Assembly (NCBI RefSeq): GCF_044704955.1 | Contig: NC_091999.1 | Span: 10,850,001-10,914,000, forward strand | Reading direction: 5' to 3' | From: Pristiophorus japonicus | Lineage: Eukaryota | DNA length: 64,000 nucleotides | In this document: piece after piece, positions 1 through 10,606 of the stretch | Layout of the letters: each line of letters begins with the position of its first letter | Numbering within the stretch: position 1 is the first letter of the stretch | Translations under genes and position numbers: made by a program | The notes under the pieces: generated by a model | Databases searched by the model: none | What the model was told of the DNA's origin: nothing | The model's input: the letters and a program-made list of their open reading frames with translations, nothing else

Positions 1-357
1 CCTAAATAATCCAAATGAAGATTCATCCTGTTTTTCAGATTTTTTACAATAGTTTTCCCACCACTGAGGTTAGGCTGACAGGCCTGTAATGAATCGACCT
101 GTCCCTTTTTTCCTTCTTGAACAGGGGTACTACATCAGCAATCCTCCAATCCTTCGGCACTATGCCCAGATCCAAAGATGAGTGGAAAAAATGGTCAAGG
201 CCTCTGCGATTTCCTCCTTTACTTTGCTCAACAGCCTGGGATGCATTTCATCTGGTCCTCTGGAATTATCTAATTTCAAAACTGTTAAACCACTTAATAA
301 TTCCTCTCTCACTATATTTATTTCATCCAGAATATCACACGCCTCCTTGATCTCAGT

Positions 358-461
358 ATAGAAACATAGAAACATAGAAAATAGATGCAGGAGTAGGCCA
401 TTCGGCACTTCTAGCCTGCACCGCCATTCAATGAGTTCATGGCTGAACATGCAACTTCAGT
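358..461 (-). mobile_element. Short 5'-truncated CR1 3'-UTR/tail fragment nested in older CR1
   Basis: (TAGAAACA)n tail plus 'gcaggagtaggccattcgg' 3'UTR shared with 9322-9733 and 50091; flanked by tcagtat on both sides. Confidence 0.75.
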
Positions 462-1660
462 ATCTGCATTGTCCCTTTCCTTTCTGAAAGCAGAGCAAAG
501 TATTCAATAAGAACCAGACCAACATCTTTCGCCTCCACACAAAGATTACCCTCATGGTCACTAAAAGGCCATACCCTTTCTCTAGTTACCCTCTTACTCT
601 TAATATCTTCATCGAACATCTTAGGGTTTTCCTTAATTTTACTGCCCAAGAATTCCTTGTACTCTCTCTTAACTTTCCTAATAACTTTTTATTTTTTTCT
701 CTTAACTTTCTATATTCCTCTGAAGATTTTATAGTATTTAGCCGTTAGTATATGACATACACGTCCTTTTTTTCTCAATCCTCCCCTGTAAGTCCCTAGA
801 CATCCGGCGGGGGAGGGGTGGGGTGGTTTGAATTAATTTTCCAAGCCTTTTTATTTCAGGGAACATATTTGGCCTGAACTTTCCTGATCTCCTCCTTGAA
901 TGCCTCCCACTGTTCCGACACTGATTTCTCCACAAGTAGCTGTTTCCAGTCTACGATGGCCAAATCAGTCCTTCACTTAGAAAAATTTGCTTTACCCCAA
1001 TTCGGAACATTTATTCCAGGCGTATTCTTGTCCTTATCTATAACCAACTTGAATTTGACTGTATTATGGTCAGTGGCACCCTAGTGCTCTCCCACTAATA
1101 CACTTTTAACCTGCCCAGCTTCATTCCGCAAAACTAAATCTAAGACCGCCTCCTCTCGTGTTGGGCTTGCTACATACTGACTAAAAATGTCCTCTTCAAC
1201 GCATTTCAAGAATTCCGCACCCTCTATACCCTTCACACTAAATTTGTTCCAATCAATATTTGGACAGTTAAAATCCCCTACTTTTACTACCCTAAGGTTT
1301 TTGGACTTCATAGCAATTTGCTTACATATTTCCTCCTCTATCTCTCTCCAACTGTTTGCGGGTGTATAATACAAGCCCAGCAGTGTCATCGCAGCTTTTT
1401 TATTTTTCAATTCGACCCATATGACTTCATTTGATGATCCCTCTAACATAGTATCCCTCCTCACCGCTGCAATAGTTTCTTTAATCAGTACCACAACCCG
1501 TCCCCCTTTTTTACTCCCTCTCTATCTTGTCTAAAAATCCTGTAGCCAGGAATATTGATCTGCCAAACCTGCCCCTCTTCCTGCCATATCTCTGTAATGG
1601 ATATAATGTCATACCCCATGTGTCTACCTCTGCTCCTCGCTCATCCGCCTTACTCGCTAT

Positions 1661-1849
1661 TGTAATGACTCAAGGATAGCTTAATGTAAACTCACTCAAG
1701 TGCAAGCTGATCCATCTTTATTCCAGCTCAATTGTGCCTGCGTGATAAAGATACCCAGCTTTTATACAGGTGACTAAGGGTACAGCCCGATGTCCTCCGA
1801 CCGCAATGCCCTGTGGTGTGTGATGACCCCCAAGCATTAATACATAACA
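1661..1849 (-). mobile_element. Solo LTR (189 bp) inserted into CR1
   Basis: TGTAATG...CATAACA inverted termini, 5-bp target-site duplication GCTAT (1656-1660, 1850-1854), TATAAAAG and AATAAA on minus strand. Confidence 0.85.
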
Positions 1850-3296
1850 GCTATACTCCTTGCATTAAAGTATATAACATTCAGCACAGGAAGACCTCCT
1901 TCCTTATTACATACTAAGCCCTGTAACCTCTGTCTTACAGATTCGCTTTCTGGATTCTTGCTATCCAATTTCTGATTTACTTCCTTCCCTTTTGAATTCG
2001 TTCTCAGGTTTCCATTCCCATGCCAATCTAGTTTAAACTCGCCCCAACTGCACGAGCAAAACTCCCCGCGGGGATATTCGTCCCGGCTCTGTTGTGATGC
2101 AAACCGTGCGGTTTGTAAAAGTTCTATCTCCCCCCAGAAGCGGTCCCAATGCCTCAAGAATTTAAAGCCCTCCCTCCAAGACCAACGTTCCAGACACGTG
2201 TTAATCCTCTTTAATCTTCTATGCTTGTACTCATCAGCACATGGCACCGATAATAACCGGGAGATTAGTAACTTTGAAGTCCTACCATTTAATTTTCTTC
2301 CTAGATCCCTGAATTCTTACTGTAGGACCTCATTCCTCATTTTACCTATGTCCATTAGTCCCGATATGTACCTCGATCGCTCGCTGTTTAGCATACCCGG
2401 CAGGATGCCCTCCGTCTGTTCTGTGACATCCTTGACCCTGGCACGAGGGAGGCGCTAAACCATTCGGGAGTCAAGTCTGCGGCCGCAGAAACGCCTCTCT
2501 GTTCCCCTAACTATAGAATCCCCTATCACTAGGGCTCTTTTGTTCTTCGTCCGTCCCAATTGTGTAGTTGAGCCACCCATGGTGCCTTCGAATTAGCTCT
2601 GGCTGTACTCCCCACAGGCACCATCGTCCTTACCGGTACTCAGAAGTGAATATCGGTTTAAAAGCTAGATGAACTCATGTGAGGATTCCTGCGCTACCTG
2701 CCGAGCACATTGATTACATCTGCTGTTCACCCACTTCCCCTCAACCTGCACCCCTTTAAGCTGCGGGGTGACCATCTCCTGAAACGTGCTATCCACGTAG
2801 CTCCCAGCCTCATGTATGCACCGTATTGACTCCACCCACTGCTCCAGTTCCGAAATGGGGCAGCGAGTTCCACATTCTGAATCATCTCTGTGTAAATAAA
2901 TTCTTCCTAATGTCTTTATTTGTTCTGTTAGTGACTATCTTATATTTGTGGCCCATTGTCCTGGGCTCACCCCTAATGGAAACAGTTTCTCCACGTGCAT
3001 TCTATCGAACCCTTCATAATTTTAATAACCTATTTCAGTTCTGCTCGTTTTCTTTTCTTCTCCAAAGAAAAGAGCTCCCGCCTGTTCAATATTTCGAGCA
3101 ATGTGCGGAATTCTGCTGCGGTCTTCTTTCAGGGGTGTTAGAATTCCAAAGCGGACAGAAGGGCTGGAGCCCAATCACAGCCCGTCCCTCCAGGAAAGTT
3201 CACTCCGCTGGTGTCGGGTTGTGATTTGAACGGCCCAGAGACCGTTATCTCTACACAGCCGCCTGGCCAGTGAAGTCAAATATTTCTCTCCTTTTC

Positions 3297-3461
3297 GCTG
3301 CACATATCGGACCAGCCGCTGCTAATATCGGTCGGGCCGGTGCGTGTATTGAACCTGCAGCAGCAGATATAGGACTGGCCGCCACATGTAACGGACAGGC
3401 CGCTGCAGATAGAGCACCGCCGCCGCATTTAATGTCCTGGCCGCTGCAAGTATTGGACAGG
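3297..3461. repeat. Degenerate 21-bp minisatellite, about 8 units
   Basis: Units such as gctgcacatatcggaccagcc / gctgctaatatcggtcgggcc / gcagcagatataggactggcc. Confidence 0.8.
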
Positions 3462-3974
3462 TCACTGAATTGTTGGTTTCACTCTTCCATTACCTGATTC
3501 ATACTGCCCGACTCTGAGAGCTATTTCCTGCCCATGAGAAAGCTCTGTGCACGAACCCCACCCCACCTATCACCACGGCTCCCAGGGAGAGCTTTAGCTC
3601 ACTCAGTCACAGAGAGCGGAGTCCAGTGTGTCGACAATCTGCGCTCAATTACTGCAACTGCGGATCAGAGAGAGACGAATCTCGATCATTCCTTGGATAA
3701 CCTGAGGACCCCGTTAAACCAATGATGCAGATGGGGGTCCGACCACTGCAGCCCGCTAGCTGCGTGGAAGGGGGGGTCTTACACCTCCAATATCCGGACC
3801 CGATCCCCACCCCAGTTCATATTTAACCCCGGAAAAATGCATTCGAATCACTCTATTAGGAAACAGCTCTGTTTTACTTCGAAAGAAATTGAGGTGATAT
3901 TGATTACAATACTAAAGTGACGGTGAATATTAACCTGGAAAATCTGTAACACGGCCTGGTTTTGAGTTACTTAC

Positions 3975-4029
3975 CGGCTGTGACAGTCACTACAGTTCCG
4001 GATCCATCCACAGTATCATAATAGGCCAC
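3975..4029 (-). CDS. NAR-TCR J gene segment (VAYYDTVDGSGTVVTVTA)
   Basis: xGxGT-VxV J motif with D in place of F/W (NAR-like), phase-1 donor GTAAGT at 3974-3969, upstream 23-RSS. Confidence 0.92.
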
Positions 4030-4068
4030 CACCGTGACACCACTCTCAGTCACTCCGACATAAGAACC
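4030..4068 (-). promoter_or_regulatory. 23-bp-spacer RSS of NAR-TCR J
   Basis: Plus strand CACCGTG (4030-4036) + 23 bp + ATAAGAACC (4060-4068). Confidence 0.85.
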
Positions 4069-4384
4069 ACCGACACCTCAATCTGCCGGCCACACAACAC
4101 CAGACATTAGGCGCTGCTCAATAATGATCCAATGACCAATAATCAAAATTTGTTCCCCACAGTCCCCGTCGGTTCAATCTGTTCTTTGTGAGATTCTGAC
4201 CTCCTCGTAAAATAGTCCAGGAACATGGGCCGGTGCGAGACACGTATTATAAATGGAGAAAATATCAGAGAAAGATAACCGAAAGCAGGAATTACACTGA
4301 AATTAAACCAGATTACAGCGACAATATGGTCAAACCTACAATTCAGGTTCCGGGCCCGGTGAATGCATGCTTTAATTGTATATA

Positions 4385-4453
4385 GGTTTTTGCTCAGGTC
4401 TCTGCCACTGTGTTGCTCCAGTCAACACACTGTTTCACATCAGCATAAAATCT
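4385..4453 (-). other. NAR-TCR D gene segment (4413-4425, TTGACTGGAGCAA) flanked by two 12-bp-spacer RSS
   Basis: Plus strand: GGTTTTTGC-12-CACTGTG [13 nt] CACACTG-12-ATAAAATCT; lies between V and J. Confidence 0.92.
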
Positions 4454-4765
4454 CTCAGTAATCGGTGAGATGTTCGTACATTAGGGACGCAGCAGTTTCG
4501 ACGGTTCCCGGTTCCAGCTGTTGGAGCAGGATCCCATCTGGTGTTCTGGATTTGCAACAGCGATCAGTCATTTCAAATTACAATTCATTGATACCAATCC
4601 CGGGAAAGACATCACCGCCCGCACACACTCAGCATTTACAAAACTCAAGCTGTTAACTGCAATAATCCAATCTGATTATAAACTAGACTGTGGGGCAGAC
4701 GGTGCGAGGTGGAACTCCGTGTTTAATCCCGATTTTCACTGGTTTCTGTCAAAATCTGCAGTGAG

Positions 4766-4803
4766 AGTTTTTGTATCGCGGGAAGCCAAGGCCTATAACT
4801 GTG
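4766..4803 (-). promoter_or_regulatory. 22-bp-spacer RSS of NAR-TCR V
   Basis: Minus strand CACAGTT + 22 bp + ACAAAAACT directly after YYCKAQYKYD. Confidence 0.9.
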
Positions 4804-5280
4804 TATCATATTTGTACTGAGCTTTACAGTAATAGGTGACGCTGTCTTCAACTCGCACATCTCTAATTTCCAGCCAAAATGTCTTTTCAGCCTCATTCGT
4901 CCGCATAACAAATCGCTCGTCACTCGAGATCCGCTCCCTCTCTGTCCCGGTCTGGGTTTGTCTGAAGAAATCCCCACGAGTTAAAGGACGAGCGAAAAAT
5001 CCACCATAAAAAACGCAGGTGATGCTGAGAGACTGACACTCCTGCCTGGTCACCGCTGGCGGGGTCTGTACCACTGACTGACTGAAAGAAGCTGGAAATT
5101 AAATGGAGAGTGTTTAATGGATCATCTGAGTCGAACCACACAACGGGGCTAAAACCCAGATAAAGTCTGCAATTCGGATGGACACAGCAGCTTTATATTA
5201 AATCCACACAATGTCTATTTGTCTGAACGGTACTCACGGGGGAAACAGATACACAGGGCGAAAACAAGCAGGATTCCCAT
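4804..5280 (-). CDS. NARTCRV: NAR-TCR V gene segment (IgNAR-like single V domain); leader exon 5280-5238, V exon 5091-4804; intact
   Basis: MGILLVFALCICFP|PSFSQSVVQTPPAVTRQECQSLSITC..GDFFRQTQTGTERERISSDERF..LEIRDVRVEDSVTYYCKA; vNAR-type deletion of CDR2, extra FR1 Cys, GT/AG phase-1 intron in frame, own D and J. Confidence 0.92.
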
Positions 5281-6619
5281 CGCTGTTCTGCCAATAACGG
5301 ATAGTTCATATGACGGGGAGCTGGAGATTGTAGCCCTGGACTGCTTTTGGAGACTGTAGCTCAGAGCCGGACTGAAACACTGCAGAGGATGAAGTGATTT
5401 GTAGAGGGCAGTATTCCGGTGATCAGTGATGGGTCGCACGGTCCCAAGATCTCTGGCTGTGAGCTGTGTGAAAAAGCCATAGGTTTAACGAGGGACCTGC
5501 AGTTTTATGGCGCTTCATTTAGTCTCTGAGCCCGATGAGAAAGCCCCGCCCACATCAGTCTGAGGTACATGGGCGGAGTTGTTCTTTCAGCCCTCCATGG
5601 CCGATTTATTAACTCACCGAAACAAATGCCAACCTCCGTTCAGCCAGGAGCCGCAGTGTTGTTGGTACTTTCTGACTGCGGGTATTCTGAAGAGTGGAGA
5701 GAATCTCTGAGTAGATTGGACACCGAATCCGGGAATTGCAGGAGGAGGACGCCTCTCATCAAACAAATCATTGAAAGATGGATTGAACCACGGGAAAGGA
5801 AAGAAGAAACTCTACTGGTCTCTGTGGAAACAGAGGCATAATAAATTTACCTCCAGGGTGAAATATGACACGGCAAAATATACTTTTTTATGGTGAGGAA
5901 ATCAATTCCTTTCACAGACAGACGAGAGAAATGTGGACTGGCTGCATGATTTATATAACAGCGGCATTGATTAAATGACAGGAAACAGATAGCCTTTGTG
6001 AACGGCTGTTTATCAGACTGCAGGAGGGTATATAGTGGTGTTCATCAGGGTCTGTAATAGGACAACTGCTTTTCTTGATGTTTATTAATAACTTGTACTT
6101 GAGAGTACAAACCATAATTTCAAAATTTGCAGCTGCCACAACATTTGTAAATATAGTGAACAGTGGGGAGGACAGCGATGAACTTTAAGAAGATATAGAC
6201 AGGCTGGTGGAATGGGTGGACACGTGGCAGATAGAATTTCTCGATCCAATTTGACTTCCTGAGGCGACAGATGACAGAGCTCCCTCGCAGACAGCAAGGG
6301 CCAGCCAAAGTGCCTGACACCAGTCAAAGTGCATGCCTACTCGCCGAAGTGCCTTACCCCAGTCCAAGTGTGTCCTTCCCCCAGCCAATGTGCTTTACCC
6401 TAGCACAAGCGATTCCTCCCGCCGCCCCGACTCCACCATAGATGAGGCATTGTGTACGCATTGTTAATAGGTTTATTGGGTATAAAGTGAATAGTGACCA
6501 TGTCGTGAATTCTGGATTCCATCCACTCCAACGACGTCCCTTGTAGGTGGTTGGAAGTACATGATCCGTCTTCCCTGAGTTTCCTTTCTTTCCTCCAGTT
6601 CCCCCGCACGCGTGGCTCT

Positions 6620-6910
6620 CCCTCCCCCAATATCTCTCTCAATCGCTCTCTCCTCCAGTCTCTCTCTCCCCAAGCCTCTCTCTCTCCCCGTCTCTCTCTC
6701 CACAGTATGTCTCACACTCCCGTCAGCCTCTCTCTCCTTCACGCACCAGTATCTCTCTCTCTATCCCTCAGCCTCACTCTCTCACTTTCTCCCAGTCTCT
6801 CGCTCTGCCCCAGTCGATCTCTATCTCTCTCTCTCCCAGTCTCTTTCGGTCCCGCCAGTCTCTCTCTTCCACTCCCTCCACCCGTCTGTCTCTCTCTTCC
6901 ACCGCCTTTC
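6620..6910. repeat. CT-rich low-complexity tract followed by GC-rich stretch
   Basis: Runs of (CT)n; explains spurious ORFs 6551-7346. Confidence 0.85.
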
Positions 6911-7199
6911 GGCCCCCCACTGCTTCACTGCGCGCCGCCGCCGTGTTCGGCCCCCCGTCGCCACTCGCCGGCCCTCTCGTTCCCCCCTCCGTAGCTTTCG
7001 GCCGCCCGCCGAGATCAGGTCCGCAATCTCGGGCCTTCCGTCCTGCATCTCCGCACCACGTGGAGTGAATGATTCGGGGACGGGTGCAGTGGTGAAGATT
7101 GACAGATGCCCCACGTTGGGGGTTGAGGGGGTGGGGGGTGGGTGAGGGATGGAGCTTGACAGATGCATGTCTGTCAAAATAAACTACAGTACAAATAAA

Positions 7200-8070
7200 T
7201 ACATTTTTTATCAAGCTCCTTTGGGTTTTCCTTGATTTTACTTGCCTATATCTATCCAGGCCCTCTCTTTGCTTTTTTAATTTCACTCTTGCACTTTCTA
7301 TATTCCTGCAGGGATTCTGCAGTATTGAGCCCTCTATATCCACCATAAATTTCCCTTTTGTTCCTTTTTATACCCTGTGTGCCCCTTGACATCCAGGGGG
7401 CTCGAGATTTGTTTTCCCACCCTTTTTCTTTCAGGACACAATATTTGTTCTGAACCCTCACTATCTCCTCCGTGAATGCCTTCCACCGCTTTGACACTGA
7501 TGTACCATCAAGTAGATTTATCCATTTCACTTTAGCTAAATCACATCTCAGCTTAGATAGAATGGCTTTTCTCCAATTGGAAACCTTTATTTCTTGTCAA
7601 TTTTTGTCCCTTTCCATAAATACCCTAAATCTAACTGATTATAATCACAACCATCAAAACGCACTTCCACTGATACCCCTTCCACCTGCCCAGCTTTATT
7701 CCCTGAAACGGAGTCCAGAATGCCGCCTCTTGTTGGGCTTGGTACATACTGGCTAAAAAGTTTCTCTTGAATGTATTTTAAGAATTCTGCTCCTTCTATA
7801 CATCTCACACTAATTCTATCCCAGTTAATTTTAGGCTAGTTGAAATTTCCTACTATAACTGCCCTATTATTTTTGCACTTCTTAGAAATTTGCCTAAATA
7901 TTTGCTCTTCTATCTCCTTCTGACTGTTTTGGGAGTTTATAGTACACTCCCAGCATGTGTGATTGGCCCACTTTTTTTTCAGTTGAACCCATATGGCCTC
8001 ATTTGATGATCCTTCTAACATATGACCCCCTCATCGCCACTGTGATTGCTGCTTAACTAATATTACGACA
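7200..8070 (-). mobile_element. CR1 LINE fragment (endonuclease/tether region)
   Basis: 'LEGSSNEAIWV', 'VIVGNFN', 'FSQYVPSPTR', 'APWMS' fragments. Confidence 0.85.
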
Positions 8071-8659
8071 CCCTCCGCTTTTATAATTTGAAAGAAATGC
8101 ATTTCTGCATTCGTTTGTTCGGCCTCCTATCTTGCCTTGGAAAAATCCGCCTTATATTTGCGCTTTTTTCTCGATACAACATAAAACACACAACCTGGTT
8201 TGTGCGCTGTCTGTACTAGTACAGATCGGGGTTACTGGACCTTGTTGTTTAGCGGCAGTCTATTTTCACAATACCCCTTCAGTCACATGGAGCACAGTCT
8301 AAGTCTGTGGCACCGAATCTGCCTGAATCTCCATGAAATAAAAGTTAACTTTGAATACATCACTGAGTTAGAACGTTTATTAACATAACATTAGTGCAAA
8401 CAGATACAAGGCATAGCCATCTCTACCCAACACAGCCACAATATAACGAGGTGACGGTATGACATGTGCTCTATTAGACCTACACCTAAAACCCTTGGAC
8501 CAGATGTTCTATTTCCCCTTGCAGTAATTTATACTGATAAAGTGGGCAACTCTTCGATAGGAAGCTGCAACAAAAGGTGAGGAAGTATCTATTGCAATGC
8601 CCTTTCTGGTAATACGAATCGAATATTTTAAATGGGTAACAGCATTTTAAATATTCCAC

Positions 8660-8990
8660 TACTTCAGTTCACTTTCTGCTGAAACCCTCGTCTGTGTTTT
8701 TGGTATATCTCGACTCGACTATTTTAATTCACTTCGTGCCCACTTCTCATCTTGCACCCTCAGGAATCTTGAGCGCGTTGTAAACTCGTCAGCCCATCTC
8801 CTAACTCCCTCCAGATGACTTTCACCCATCACACCTGTGCTCACTGACCTGCATTAACTCTTGGTCCGACAACGCCTAGATTGTAAAATTCTCAACCTTG
8901 TTTTCAAATCGCTCCATGGCCTCGCCTCTCCCTATCGCTGGAATCTCCAACAGCCTCACCACATTCCGGGATCTCCACACTGCTGCGGGA
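8660..8990 (+). mobile_element. L2-like LINE 3' fragment
   Basis: 'cccatcacacctgtgctcactgacctgcatt..FKSLHGLASPY', typical L2 C-terminal region; related to 42820-43115 and inverted 31255-31575. Confidence 0.65.
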
Positions 8991-9321
8991 CTCCTGTTGG
9001 AAATATAAGCAGATTAAAAGCGTTTGATCCACAATTACAGGTGAGAAATGTCCCCAAACAATCCAAATGCTGAGTAAACGCATTGTCGCCGTCCACTCTG
9101 TAAAAATGGTGTTGGATATTTGAAAAAACCCGTTCTAATCCTAACTCTCAGTTATCTGCTGTCAGATATCGGGATTCTATCACGTCACTCCCTTGTGTCC
9201 CCAGGGTACCGTGAGACTGTAGGTGGTGAGCTGGCTGTCAGTGAATGGAAATAAACCAAGCTGTGCCACAGTCACTGCCCTGACAGGGAAATGGTTCCGC
9301 TTTCAGAGGCTGGGGTGGGAA

Positions 9322-9733
9322 TAGAAACATAGAAACATAGAAAATAGGTGCAGGAGTAGGCCATTCGGCCCTTCTAGCCTGCACCGCCATTCAATGAGTT
9401 CATGGCTGAACATTCAACTTCAGTACCCCATTCCTGCTTTCTCGCCATACCCCTTGATCCCCCTAGCAGTAAGGACCTCATCTAACTCCTTTTTGAATAT
9501 ATTTAATGAATTGGCCTCAACAACTTTCTGTGGTAGAGAATTCCACAGGTTCACCACTCTCTGGGTGAAGAAGTTCCTCCGCATCTCGGTCCTAAATGGC
9601 TTACCCCTTATCCTTAGACTGTGACCCCTGGTTCTGGACTTCCCCAACATTGGGAACATTCTTCCTGCATCTAACCTGTCTAACCCCGTCAGAATTTTAT
9701 ATGTTTCTATGAGGTCCCCTCTCATTCTTCTGA
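9322..9733 (-). mobile_element. Young 5'-truncated CR1 3' end
   Basis: Intact C-terminal ORF 'MRGDLIETYKIL..TRGHSLRI..RRNFFTQRVVNLWNSLP' and (CATAGAAA)n tail. Confidence 0.92.
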
Positions 9734-10031
9734 CATCATTCTATATAGTGTAACCGGGAAACACGAGGTTGTTAAAGGTGACAGAACATATTGCAGCAGG
9801 AGAGACATTCTGAAGGAAAATGGACATTGGGGGAGCTCTGAGCTTGGGGCATGTTTTAAAGTGCACAATCACTGCCTTGCTAATTCTGTTCATTATGTAT
9901 AAACTCTCTCTGACCCAGCAACATATTGATCAAATAAGCCTTGTGTACAAGCCGCGATCAAAGGCTGCGTGAAAATTACAATGGAGATGTGTAAACGGCT
10001 CCACACTATTACAGGCAGGCATGGAAAATTC

Positions 10032-10345
10032 TTTTGGATGAGATATTCAACCGAGGCCCCGCCTGCTCTCTCAGGTGGATGTAAAATATCCCATGGCATT
10101 ATTCGAAGAAGAGCAGGAGAGTTATCCCTGGAGTGCTGACCAATATGTATACCTCAACCAGCATCACTACAGCAGATTATTATCATTATCTGGATGCTTA
10201 TTTTGTGAGCTTGCTGTGCGCTAATTGAATGCCGCGTTTCCTACATTACAACAGTGACTATGCTTGAAAATGTATTTCATTGGCTGTAAAACGCTTTGGG
10301 ATGTCCGGCATCGTGAATGGTGTTGTACAAATGAAAGTGATATAT
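10032..10345 (+). mobile_element. Deu-domain SINE fragment (SacSINE1/AmnSINE1-like)
   Basis: 'ccgaggccccgcctgctctctcaggtggatgtaaaatatcccatggc..cattggctgtaaaacgctttggg' recognised from memory; absent from paralogous 14.3k and 43.8k sites. Confidence 0.7.
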
Positions 10346-10606
10346 TTTTCTACGTATAAAATGTGAGTAAATGCTCCACAGACACGATTGCGAAAGTTAA
10401 TTTTATTATAAATACGAGGTGAATTCACGAACTAATATAATTGCACAAGCCGACCTGACCTGTGCGTGTTGTGTGTTGTGTTTTTTGCTTTCATTCAGGA
10501 AGTTGAATTATTGTTTATTGGTGTAAGAGCGCTCTCTTGTGAACACTAACTGGAACTCGTAGTGTGCGTTTTTGTTCGGGATCCGCTGCATCTCCTCAGC
10601 AGTGTG

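Larger units (their letters stand above)
1..2820 (-). mobile_element. Decayed CR1-clade LINE (ORF1 esterase, ORF2 endonuclease and start of RT region; continues off left edge)
   Basis: Minus-strand ORF fragments: 'INTCLERWSWREGFKFLRHWDRFW' (CR1 ORF1 SGNH esterase), 'VGDFNCPNIDW..LDLVL' (APE), 'GPDEMHPRLL'; many stops/frameshifts. Confidence 0.9.

Noticed and set aside
3270-3497. 75-aa Ala-rich repeat ORF (AAxIGxA)
   Set aside because: Product of the 21-bp minisatellite; no splice or expression evidence
1-3968. Search for the supporting V-delta or a constant exon downstream of NAR J
   Set aside because: Only CR1, LTR and minisatellite seen; the partner exon must lie left of the window if it exists
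4738-4765. Nonamer-like GGTTTCTGT suggesting a second D
   Set aside because: No heptamer at 12 or 22-23 bp spacing
6400-7346. Several overlapping 80-190 aa ORFs
   Set aside because: They arise from CT/GA low-complexity and GC-rich DNA and have no recognisable domain
8140-8640. Possible LTR-like unique stretch
   Set aside because: Could not identify termini or a target-site duplication
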